A stretch of 63,992 bases of DNA, taken from the IMG/VR virus record IMGVR_UViG_3300048929_000258, positions 1 to 63,992 of that record; one strand, 5' to 3'. Positions 1 through 7,488 of the stretch are shown one piece after another. The DNA comes from a virus. The translations under genes were made by a program, and so were the position numbers. Below the pieces are notes generated by a model. That model ran no database searches. It worked only from the letters and a program-made list of their open reading frames with translations, and was not told the origin of the DNA. Within the stretch, counting starts at the first letter, position 1; every line of letters begins with the position of its first letter.

Positions 1-653
1 TCGCTGAAATCGCGTCCGCCTTGGCTCCGGTGGTGCAGGACGCAGTTGCAGCGCACTTCGAAGCGAACCCCGTTCCTGCTGGCGAGAAGGGCGAGCGCGG
101 CGCGGACGGAAAGGACGGAAAGGACGGTGAGCAGATTAGCGATGAACAGATCGCGCAGCAGGTTGAGCGATTCTTTGAGATCAATCCTGCTCCAGCGGGG
201 CGCGACGGCAAGGATGGTCGCGACGGTCGCGACGCGGAGATGCTCACAGAAGATAAGATTTTCTCCCAAGTTGAACGCTACATGCGTCAGCATCCTGTCA
301 GTGATGGTGCTGATGGTCTTGGTTTTGACGATCTCAGTGTAGTGTACGATGGCGGTCGAAACATTACCTTGAGCTTCAGTCAAGGTGAGAACAAAAAGGA
401 ATTCACATTCAAGCTGAACATGATGATCTATCAAGGCGTGTTCAAACAAGGCACGACTTACGAGCAAGGCGATTCAGTTACGTTTGGCGGAAGCGTTTGG
501 ACAGCAAAGAAAGACACCAAGGAACGTCCAATGGAAGGAAGCGACTGGCAGCTGTCAGTGAAATGTGGCCGCGATGGTAAGGACGGTCAAAAGGGCGACA
601 AGGGCGAGAAAGGGCAAGATGGCAGGAACTGGGAACCGACGAAGGGGCTATGA
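1..653 (+). CDS. Collagen-like repeat / CBM5_12-like virion fibre protein, 3' part (same gene as 63205..63992, wrapping the circular junction)
   Basis: Frame 3 is open from nt 3. Nt 1-127 equal 63866-63992, so this continues the ORF that starts at ATG 63205 (about 437 aa on the circle). It has Gly-X-Y runs (GEKGERGADGKDGKDGE, GRDGKDGRDGRD, GRDGKDGQKGDKGEKGQDG). A YQGVFKQGTTYEQGDSVTFGGSVWTAKKDT...DWQL block at 429-554 resembles CBM5/12 sugar-binding modules. Confidence 0.8.
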   Translation, partial: AEIASALAPVVQDAVAAHFEANPVPAGEKGERGADGKDGKDGEQISDEQIAQQVERFFEINPAPAGRDGKDGRDGRDAEMLTEDKIFSQVERYMRQHPVSDGADGLGFDDLSVVYDGGRNITLSFSQGENKKEFTFKLNMMIYQGVFKQGTTYEQGDSVTFGGSVWTAKKDTKERPMEGSDWQLSVKCGRDGKDGQKGDKGEKGQDGRNWEPTKGL

Positions 654-1054
654 CGATGCTCATGCTTGTCTCTCCTGAGATTGTAAAGGCTCGCCTCAAG
701 ATCGACAATGACGTTGATGATGGAAACTTGGAGTTTGTAATTGCTGCAGCATCCAAGAGCATCATTACCTACATTGGCGACAACGTCGCACGAATCAGCG
801 ACAGTGCTGGCGATATCTTGACTGATACCAATGAAGTTGCCATCGACATCCCGGAAGACCTACAGATGGCAGTGTGCATGCTGGTGGGCATTTGGGTACG
901 TGATCCTGATGGAAAGAATATGGATCAGTGGCAGCAAGGATATTTGCCGTTCGCCGTCACATCGTTCATTTACACTGAATGGCATGAACCGTCGATGAGC
1001 CGCACAACTGATCTGAATCGCCGGCATGGATGGGACGATAATGGCTGCCGATAA
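650..1054 (+). CDS. Head-tail connector protein (gp6-like)
   Basis: 134 aa with an ATGA overlap on the upstream stop. VSPEIVKARLKIDNDVDDGNLEFVIAAASKSIITYIG fits the phage gp6-like head-tail connector N-terminal pattern. Confidence 0.7.
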   Translation: MTMLMLVSPEIVKARLKIDNDVDDGNLEFVIAAASKSIITYIGDNVARISDSAGDILTDTNEVAIDIPEDLQMAVCMLVGIWVRDPDGKNMDQWQQGYLPFAVTSFIYTEWHEPSMSRTTDLNRRHGWDDNGCR

Positions 1055-1406
1055 CACCTTCAGTGCAGGGCGCCTGCGGCATCGCGTTGACATTGAAAAA
1101 AATGTTCAGATGCAAGACACCAATGGTGATATGGTAGACAACTGGCAGCCATACTTGATGAATGTTGCTGCTGAAATTGCACCGTACAGCGCGCGTGAAT
1201 ACGTCGCAGCGCTTGCGATTCAATCTTCTGTGAATACCAAGATCACTATTCGCTTTCGCCCCAGCATCACTGCTGATATGCGAATTGTGCATCGTCCGAA
1301 GGGCGGCGATGAAACGATCTACAACATCGTCAAGCCAATTCGCGATCCTGAGACGGGGTTGGAATGGTTGCTCATTCTTACGAGCGATGGAGTCAATGAT
1401 GGCTAA
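1026..1406 (+). CDS. Head closure / head-tail adaptor protein (SPP1 gp16-like)
   Basis: 126 aa (ATG 1041 is an alternative start). GRLRHRVDIEK...DNWQP...VAAEIAPYSAREY...ITIRFRP..ITADMRIV fits the head-tail joining (Phage_H_T_join-like) pattern. Confidence 0.7.
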   Translation: MDGTIMAADNTFSAGRLRHRVDIEKNVQMQDTNGDMVDNWQPYLMNVAAEIAPYSAREYVAALAIQSSVNTKITIRFRPSITADMRIVHRPKGGDETIYNIVKPIRDPETGLEWLLILTSDGVNDG

Positions 1407-1899
1407 GTGGGCAGTATTGGCGAGCGGTCCCAGCATGAATGCTGAGATCGTTGAGCGTGTGCGCGGATTGCGCATCGCTGTCGTCAGTGACGTCTATAAG
1501 CTTGCTCCGCATGCTGACGTTCTTGTGTCGCAAGACAAAGCTTGGTGGAAAGCCCATCCTGAAGCGCTTAGCTTCGCAGGTCGCAAGTTCAGCGTCAATC
1601 CTGTTGATGGTGTTGAAGCATTTGAATGGCGTGATACGTATCCTCTGCTCACAACTTCTAGCAACAGTGGCTTGGTTGCTTGTCTTGTAGCTGAATGGAT
1701 GGGTGCAACAGAGATTGAGCTGTATGGATTTGACATGCATGGAAGTCATTATTTCGGAGATCATAAACCTCCATTGAAGAACACCACAGCAGATCGTTTT
1801 CGTATCATGATCAATCAATTTACTGATTGGCTTCCTCGTGCCCGCGTCATCAACCGGACGCCCGGCAGCGCGCTGACTTGCTTTGAAATGGTGGACTGA
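1399..1899 (+). CDS. DUF115 / Maf-like putative glycosyltransferase
   Basis: 166 aa from ATG 1399, with GGAG at 1389-1392 (ATG 1387 or 1396 also possible). VLASGPSMN and SNSGLVACLVAEWMGATEIELYGFDMHG resemble the GPS...LxGxD pattern of DUF115/Maf-type sugar transferases. By-eye call only. Confidence 0.45.
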   Translation: MAKWAVLASGPSMNAEIVERVRGLRIAVVSDVYKLAPHADVLVSQDKAWWKAHPEALSFAGRKFSVNPVDGVEAFEWRDTYPLLTTSSNSGLVACLVAEWMGATEIELYGFDMHGSHYFGDHKPPLKNTTADRFRIMINQFTDWLPRARVINRTPGSALTCFEMVD

Positions 1900-2648
1900 T
1901 GAAAGGCCGCGCTTGGATCGGACTCAAAGACACGCCTAACTACAGGCGTGATTCTTTTTCTGCAGGATTGAAGCGTGCAGGCTATCAGGTGGAACTTGAG
2001 ACCACTCTGCGTCCTGGAAACAATGACATTCTTGTTATTTGGAATCGTTTCGGTGCTGCTGAGGGTGCTGCTATTGCATTTGAAGCTGCTGGGCGTCCAG
2101 TGCTGGTTGCTGAGAATGGTTACTTGGGGAAAGAGTTCTGTGGTGAACCTTGGTATGCACTGAGCAGAAATCTACACAATGGAGCTGGCACTTGGGAATA
2201 TGAAGGTCCACAACGCTGGGACGCATTGGGAATTGAGCTGCCGCCATTTCGTACAAGCGGGAAAGAGATGGTGCTGTTGCCTCAGCGTTCTATCGGATCG
2301 AATGGCGTTGCGATGCCTCGCGGGTGGACAGAGGAAGCACAAGCACGCGTTAAGGCCCGTGTTCGCCCACATCCTGGGATACGCCCGGCAATTCCATTGG
2401 AAGTCGATCTTGGAAGTGCGCATTCTGTGTACACATGGGGGAGCGGCGCAGCGCTTAAGGCGATAGCAATGGGAATTCCTGCCTACTACGACATGCCTGC
2501 ATGGATAGGAGCGCCGGCAGCCGCGAAGTTAGGGGATAACCCTAACCGCAACGAAGTTGCTCGCCTAGATATGTTCCGCAGATTGGTTTGGGCGATGTGG
2601 CGACTTCGTGAGATTGAGAGTGGTGAAGCATTTGAGGTGCTGCTATGA
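1899..2648 (+). CDS. Putative glycosyltransferase (GT-B / capsule-biosynthesis-like)
   Basis: 249 aa with a 1-nt TGATG junction. AGRPVLVAENGYLG and the C-terminal TWGSGAALKAIAMGIPAYYD resemble GT-B nucleotide-sugar binding regions. The similarity is weak and by eye. Confidence 0.4.
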   Translation: MKGRAWIGLKDTPNYRRDSFSAGLKRAGYQVELETTLRPGNNDILVIWNRFGAAEGAAIAFEAAGRPVLVAENGYLGKEFCGEPWYALSRNLHNGAGTWEYEGPQRWDALGIELPPFRTSGKEMVLLPQRSIGSNGVAMPRGWTEEAQARVKARVRPHPGIRPAIPLEVDLGSAHSVYTWGSGAALKAIAMGIPAYYDMPAWIGAPAAAKLGDNPNRNEVARLDMFRRLVWAMWRLREIESGEAFEVLL

Positions 2649-3487
2649 GAATGCTGTTCACAGGCAATGGAACTGCAGGGTCTTGGAAGATTCGCGGCGA
2701 GCAGTTAGGCGGCGAGCTTGGTGCGATGATTCAACCACATGCTAGTTTTCAACACATCGTTCACTCCGATCTTATTGTTGTTGTGAAGCGTTGTCCGCAG
2801 AAGTTGTTAGATGCGCTTCGCCAAGCAAAGCGGAAATGGATATTTGATGTGGTTGATTTCTATCCACAACCTACTGCTGGTGCTTGGTCGCGTGATGAAG
2901 CTATCAATTGGGTGCGCAATCAGATCAAGAATATGAATCCAACAGCAGTGCTGTGGCCGAATCGAAAGATGATGGAAGACTGTAACGATGGACGTCCAGC
3001 AAAGGTGCTATATCATCATCATCGTCCTGGATTGCCGCGTCATCAAGTTCGTCAGCGCGTCGAAAAGGTCGCATATGAAGGCAGCGCTAAATACCTTGGA
3101 CGCTGGCAAAGCGATATCGAGATGGCTTGCCGTGCTCGCGGTTGGCAGTTTGAGGTCAATCCGTCTTGCTTATCTGATGCTGACATCGTCATTGCTGCAC
3201 GTGACGGCATTCACAATGGCTACGTACAACAGCATTGGAAGTCTAATGTGAAGCTTGCAAATGCGCAAGGTGCTGGTGTTGCATTTGTCGCACAGAAGGA
3301 AGACGGCTACACCGAGACATCTGCAGGAGAGGTTGGTTGGTTTAGCAGCCTCAGCGAACTACAGCATCAGTTCGATCTGCTTGACTCGATGACGATGCGA
3401 ACAATGGTACATCGTGGAATGCTGGCGAAAGCCTATCCTGTGGAGCGCGCTGCATCTGATCTGTTGGAGTTTGCTTGTGGACTGTGA
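2645..3487 (+). CDS. Putative glycosyltransferase (GT-B-like)
   Basis: 280 aa with an ATGA overlap. The C-terminal HWKSNVKLANAQGAGVAFVA fits the GT-B C-terminal pattern. Function is tentative. Confidence 0.4.
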   Translation: MRMLFTGNGTAGSWKIRGEQLGGELGAMIQPHASFQHIVHSDLIVVVKRCPQKLLDALRQAKRKWIFDVVDFYPQPTAGAWSRDEAINWVRNQIKNMNPTAVLWPNRKMMEDCNDGRPAKVLYHHHRPGLPRHQVRQRVEKVAYEGSAKYLGRWQSDIEMACRARGWQFEVNPSCLSDADIVIAARDGIHNGYVQQHWKSNVKLANAQGAGVAFVAQKEDGYTETSAGEVGWFSSLSELQHQFDLLDSMTMRTMVHRGMLAKAYPVERAASDLLEFACGL

Positions 3488-3494
3488 ATTGCTA

Positions 3495-4265
3495 ATGAGC
3501 AAAGATTTGAATGTGCGCGGCAGGAATATGCTGCAAGCACTGATTGATGCCGCTTCATATGCAGGCATCAAGGTCTATGTTTCCGAAATGTACGGCGCGC
3601 GCTCCCACAATTTGATGACATATGGACTTGGGCATCCTGTACGTCGTCAATGGAGTGAAGCGCACAAAGCGAGTGGCGGACGATTGATTGGGTGGGATTT
3701 GGGGTATTGGCTACGCGACGATTACATGCGTTTGACTATCAATGATGATCATCCACAACGTTTGTTGGAAGATCGTTCTCCAATGCGATTCGATTCATAT
3801 CACCTTCCGCTCCGCGAAGACTATCACCCAGAAGGTCCGATCATCCTCGCTGGCCTTGGTCGCAAGACGCGCGAAGAAATGCGACAGCGTGATCATCAAT
3901 GGGAACGCGAGATGTATTGCAAAATTCGCGCAGCCTATCCTCACAAGCAAATTCTTTACAAGCCCAAGAAAAAAGAATACATCTGCGACATGGAACCCTA
4001 TCTAGGAACCATTGAACAGGCATTGAATGGTGCTTCGTTGCTTGTTTGTAAACATAGCAACGTTGGTGTTGATGCTTGTTTTGCTGGTGTACCTGTTGTG
4101 TGTAGTGATGGTGCTGCTGCTGCGTTGTATGGCAACGATCTATTCAATCCGATCCGTCCAAGCTTCATGGAGCGCTTGCGCTTCCTTCGGAACTTGGCAT
4201 GGTGGCAATGGAAACCTTCAGAGGCGAAAGACGCATGGCTCTTCATAAAACAGGTTTGCAGCTAA
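3495..4265 (+). CDS. Putative glycosyltransferase (GT-B-like)
   Basis: 256 aa from ATG 3495 (frame open from 3414). LLVCKHSNVGVDACFAGVPVVCSDG is GT-B-like. Function is tentative. Confidence 0.4.
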   Translation: MSKDLNVRGRNMLQALIDAASYAGIKVYVSEMYGARSHNLMTYGLGHPVRRQWSEAHKASGGRLIGWDLGYWLRDDYMRLTINDDHPQRLLEDRSPMRFDSYHLPLREDYHPEGPIILAGLGRKTREEMRQRDHQWEREMYCKIRAAYPHKQILYKPKKKEYICDMEPYLGTIEQALNGASLLVCKHSNVGVDACFAGVPVVCSDGAAAALYGNDLFNPIRPSFMERLRFLRNLAWWQWKPSEAKDAWLFIKQVCS

Positions 4266-4753
4266 ACCTTGGCTGCGGCAGGCATGTATTGGATGGATGG
4301 TTCAATATCGATGTTCAACGCAGCCCGCGAGCGAAGCGTGATCCTGAGATGCTAAGCGATGTGCGGAAGATCGATCTGCCTGATGGTTGTGCTCAGACCA
4401 TAATGGCGATTCATCTTTGGGAGCATTTGTATCGCTGGGAATGTGACAACGTTATCAAGGAGTGGCGCCGATTGCTAGAAACTGGCGGTCAGCTAATCTT
4501 GGAGATGCCTGATCTGTACAAGTTCTGCGCGAACATCCTCGCGAACAAGACTGACCAGATGGGAATGTGGGGCTTGTATGGCGATCCAACCGAGGAAGAC
4601 CCTTACATGTGCCATCGTTGGGGTTGGTCATTTGCAACGTTGAAGCCTTTCTTGGAAGCAAATGGATTCACAAACTGTGAAGAGGAAGCTACTCAGTGGC
4701 ATCGTTGCGGTAAGTTGGAGCGAGACTTTCGAATTGTAGCGAGAAAGGCATGA
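4235..4753 (+). CDS. Class I SAM-dependent methyltransferase
   Basis: 172 aa from ATG 4235 (frame open from 4199). LNLGCGRHVLDGWFNIDV (motif I), IMAIHLWEHL and GGQLILEMP are typical of Methyltransf_11-like enzymes. Confidence 0.65.
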   Translation: MALHKTGLQLNLGCGRHVLDGWFNIDVQRSPRAKRDPEMLSDVRKIDLPDGCAQTIMAIHLWEHLYRWECDNVIKEWRRLLETGGQLILEMPDLYKFCANILANKTDQMGMWGLYGDPTEEDPYMCHRWGWSFATLKPFLEANGFTNCEEEATQWHRCGKLERDFRIVARKA

Positions 4754-5436
4754 AGGTCTATATCGGATATGATTCAAGAGAAGATGCGGCTTATGAAGCT
4801 GCAAGCAAAACGCTGCTTGAGCATTCTCCGCATTCGACCGTTACGAAGTTGGATGCTGAACGTTTGACAGCATCCGGTCTGTTGCGTCGCCCGATTGATC
4901 GTCGCTCAGGTATTTACGATTTGGTCAGCAACGCTCCTTGCTCCACTGATTTCAGCAACACTCGCTTCATGGTGCCTATCTTGTCTCAGACAGGCTGGGC
5001 ACTATTTGTGGATTGTGACATGCTGTTCTTCGCTGATGTTGATGAGCTATTTGGTTTAGCTGATCCGCAGAAAGCTGTAATGGTGGTGAAGCATAAGCTG
5101 GTAAGTGAGTTTGGAACGAAGATGGACAACCAGCCTCAAACGTCATATGCTCGCAAAAACTGGTCAAGTGTGATGCTGTTCAATTGTGATCATCCAGCGA
5201 ATCGTCGCTTGTCGCTCGATGATGTCAACAATCGTCCTGGTCGCGATCTGCATGCGTTCTACTGGCTACACGATCAAGAGATTGGCGAACTACCCGCTGG
5301 ATGGAACTGGCTAGTAGATGTACAGCCTAAGCCTGATGATGTAAAGGTGGCCCATTTCACGATGGGTGGTCCTTGGATCAAAGGATGGCGCGGCAGCCCC
5401 AATGATGAGTTGTGGGTGAGTTGCGCAGGAGGTTAA
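4750..5436 (+). CDS. GT-A fold glycosyltransferase (GT8-like)
   Basis: 228 aa with an ATGA overlap. VYIGYDSRE and the DxD context WALFVDCDMLFFADVDELF fit GT8-like retaining glycosyltransferases. Confidence 0.6.
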   Translation: MKVYIGYDSREDAAYEAASKTLLEHSPHSTVTKLDAERLTASGLLRRPIDRRSGIYDLVSNAPCSTDFSNTRFMVPILSQTGWALFVDCDMLFFADVDELFGLADPQKAVMVVKHKLVSEFGTKMDNQPQTSYARKNWSSVMLFNCDHPANRRLSLDDVNNRPGRDLHAFYWLHDQEIGELPAGWNWLVDVQPKPDDVKVAHFTMGGPWIKGWRGSPNDELWVSCAGG

Positions 5437-5437
5437 T

Positions 5438-5950
5438 GTGGCTGGCAACTTCAAAATTCAAGGCGCGAAGGAAGCGATTGACCGCTTGAAGAATTTGAAC
5501 CTTCGCATGCAACGTAAGTACATCGCTCGCGCTACACGCAAAGGTGCCAACGTCATCAGAACTGCAGCACAAGAGTCTTGGAAGCGAATTGATAATCCAA
5601 AGACTCCAAACAAAATCTGGCAGTATGTGACGGTGCGTTCCAATTCTCGGCTCGGCCGCCAATATGGCGGGATCGCGATGCTGATTGGTATGCGCGGCGG
5701 ATCGCAAGATGTGTCTGAGAAGAAATACAAGGACAACAAGGGGAACCGCAAAGCTAAAAAGGTCGGGCAGACCTATAGCGCAGGTTCTCCGGTATACTAT
5801 TGGCGGTTTCTGAACCTTGGTACGCGCAAGTATCGGCCCGGTTTGCATTTGATGGAAACTGCATTGACAAATAATGGTGAAAAAGCCGCAAGCACGATGG
5901 TTGATGATCTGAACGCTGGGATCGATGAAGCGCTATCAGCAGGGGGTTGA
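5438..5950 (+). CDS. HK97 gp10-family neck / tail-component protein
   Basis: 170 aa with a GTG start after AGGAGG. KIQGAKEAIDRLKNL, ARATRKGANVIRTAAQ and YYWRFLNLGTRK fit the HK97 gp10 family. Confidence 0.65.
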   Translation: MAGNFKIQGAKEAIDRLKNLNLRMQRKYIARATRKGANVIRTAAQESWKRIDNPKTPNKIWQYVTVRSNSRLGRQYGGIAMLIGMRGGSQDVSEKKYKDNKGNRKAKKVGQTYSAGSPVYYWRFLNLGTRKYRPGLHLMETALTNNGEKAASTMVDDLNAGIDEALSAGG

Positions 5951-6339
5951 TCGTGGCAATCAAATTTGAACCGCCAATGTTCGATACTCTGTCAGCAAGC
6001 GCTACTCTTCAAACATTGCTTCGTGATGGTAACAAGTTCAAATGTTTCGCAGCTGATGATGTACCGCAAGGAACGAAACCGCCGTATGTTGCATGGTCTA
6101 TTGTTGGAGGCTCACCTGAGAACTTCCTTGGTGCGTCTGCAGATATGGATGGTTTTGATACACAAATAGACGTCTACGCAAAGACGCAAGCAGACTGCCG
6201 CGAGATTGTTGCCGCAATCGACGCAGCCATTGACGGTAAAGCCTACATCACCAATTGGTTGGGACAGGGCAACGATCAAGAGAACACAAAGCTTGATTTT
6301 CGTTCCTTCTCGATCAGCTGGTTGGTACCACGTCAATAA
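5947..6339 (+). CDS. DUF3168-type tail terminator / neck protein
   Basis: 130 aa (start TTG 5947 or GTG 5953). PPYVAWSIVGG...QIDVYAKT fits the DUF3168 pattern. It sits immediately upstream of the tail tube gene. Confidence 0.6.
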   Translation: MIVAIKFEPPMFDTLSASATLQTLLRDGNKFKCFAADDVPQGTKPPYVAWSIVGGSPENFLGASADMDGFDTQIDVYAKTQADCREIVAAIDAAIDGKAYITNWLGQGNDQENTKLDFRSFSISWLVPRQ

Positions 6340-6353
6340 CCGGAGGAAAGATC

Positions 6354-6821
6354 ATGTCGCAGAAGACCCAAGGCACCAATCTATACACCATCGACCCACA
6401 GTCCGAAACGGTGCTGAAGGTCGGCTGTGTGATCAGCATCGATGGTATCGATACCACCCTCGATCAGCTGGAGACCACTTGTTTGGATTCTCCTGCGCGA
6501 ACCTACGTTGCCGGTCTCGCAACTCCTGGTACTGCAAGTTTTGGCATCAACTTCGATCCGAAGGATGCATCGCATGTTCGCCTTCATCAGCTCAAGGTGG
6601 CAGGCACCACGCTACCGTGGGCAGTTGGTTTTGGCGATGGCACCGCAGAGCCGACTGTGGGCACTGATGGTAATTTCGAATTGCCTGCGACGCGTTCTTG
6701 GATTGCATTCGACGGCTTCATGAACAGCTATCCGTTCACGTTCGCGCTCAACGCTGTTGTCACCTCCACGGTCGGCATCCAGATCAGCGGCGAGCCGGAA
6801 GTCATCAAGAAGTCTGCATAA
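6354..6821 (+). CDS. Major tail (tube) protein
   Basis: 155 aa with RBS GGAGGAAAG. It lies between the terminator-like protein and the chaperone pair. The T/G/S-rich composition is typical of siphovirus tail tube proteins. Confidence 0.7.
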   Translation: MSQKTQGTNLYTIDPQSETVLKVGCVISIDGIDTTLDQLETTCLDSPARTYVAGLATPGTASFGINFDPKDASHVRLHQLKVAGTTLPWAVGFGDGTAEPTVGTDGNFELPATRSWIAFDGFMNSYPFTFALNAVVTSTVGIQISGEPEVIKKSA

Positions 6822-6839
6822 CATAACTGAGGGACTGCC

Positions 6840-7178
6840 ATGAAACTCAACGATCTGAAAAAGAAAGGCGCAATGATCCAAGATGGACTTGTGACGAAGG
6901 AAGTTGAATGGAAGCACAAGGATGAAGAGAGCGGTGAGGAAGTCATCGACAAGTTCAATGTGTTCGTCGTGCGACAAAATTTCGCTACGATGAGCGACGT
7001 GATCAAGAACGATGCGCCCGGCTTCAGTCGAGTCTCTGCCATCATCGCGTCTTGCGTTCGTTTCGGTGATAGTGGCGAGGAAGTCATCACCTATGAGGAA
7101 GCTTGCGCGCTTCATCCGATGCTTGGCGGCGCTCTCCTCAAAGCAGTCAATGAGGTGAACAGTAACGGAAAAAACTGA
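6840..7178 (+). CDS. Tail assembly chaperone (gpG-like)
   Basis: 112 aa, acidic, between the tail tube and tape measure genes. It ends just after the slippery heptamer A_AAA_AAC. Confidence 0.75.
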   Translation: MKLNDLKKKGAMIQDGLVTKEVEWKHKDEESGEEVIDKFNVFVVRQNFATMSDVIKNDAPGFSRVSAIIASCVRFGDSGEEVITYEEACALHPMLGGALLKAVNEVNSNGKN

Positions 7179-7486
7179 CAAAGGCAGATGAGGTCTGGTT
7201 TGAATTGGTGATGAATGGAATTGGCGGCAGGACGGTAGAGGAAGCGCAGAGAAACATGAGTTGGGCTGAAGCGATGCAATGGATGGAGTTCATTGGAAAG
7301 CGCGGAACCCTCAACTTTGGTATGCGGCTTGAAATCCTTATGTCGCAATTGATGGAATGCGTGATGGCTGGAAAGAAAAAGCGCGATGGAAGCGCATATA
7401 CCTTTAAGGACTGGGCAATCCATTTAGACAAACCAGAACTGACCATTGAGAACGCGATCAGCGCGCTTGGTGCGAAGGAGAAATAG
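6840..7486 (+). CDS. Tail assembly chaperone frameshift product (gpGT-like, -1 PRF at 7169-7175)
   Basis: After a -1 slip on A_AAA_AAC, the -1 frame is open from 7175 to stop 7486 (CTG ACA AAG GCA GAT ...), giving a fusion of about 215 aa. This is the conserved G/GT arrangement upstream of tape measure genes. Confidence 0.7.
7169..7175 (+). promoter_or_regulatory. -1 programmed ribosomal frameshift slippery site A_AAA_AAC
   Basis: Zero-frame codons are GGA AAA AAC TGA at 7167-7178. The X_XXY_YYZ heptamer sits one codon before the stop. Confidence 0.7.
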
Positions 7487-7488
7487 CA

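Noticed and set aside
1-127. Direct terminal repeat of the virion chromosome
   Set aside because: The repeat falls inside a coding tandem repeat and restores a continuous ORF, and its length equals a common assembler k-mer. It is more likely a circularisation overlap than physical ends. Candidate real ends are discussed at 56908-57116.
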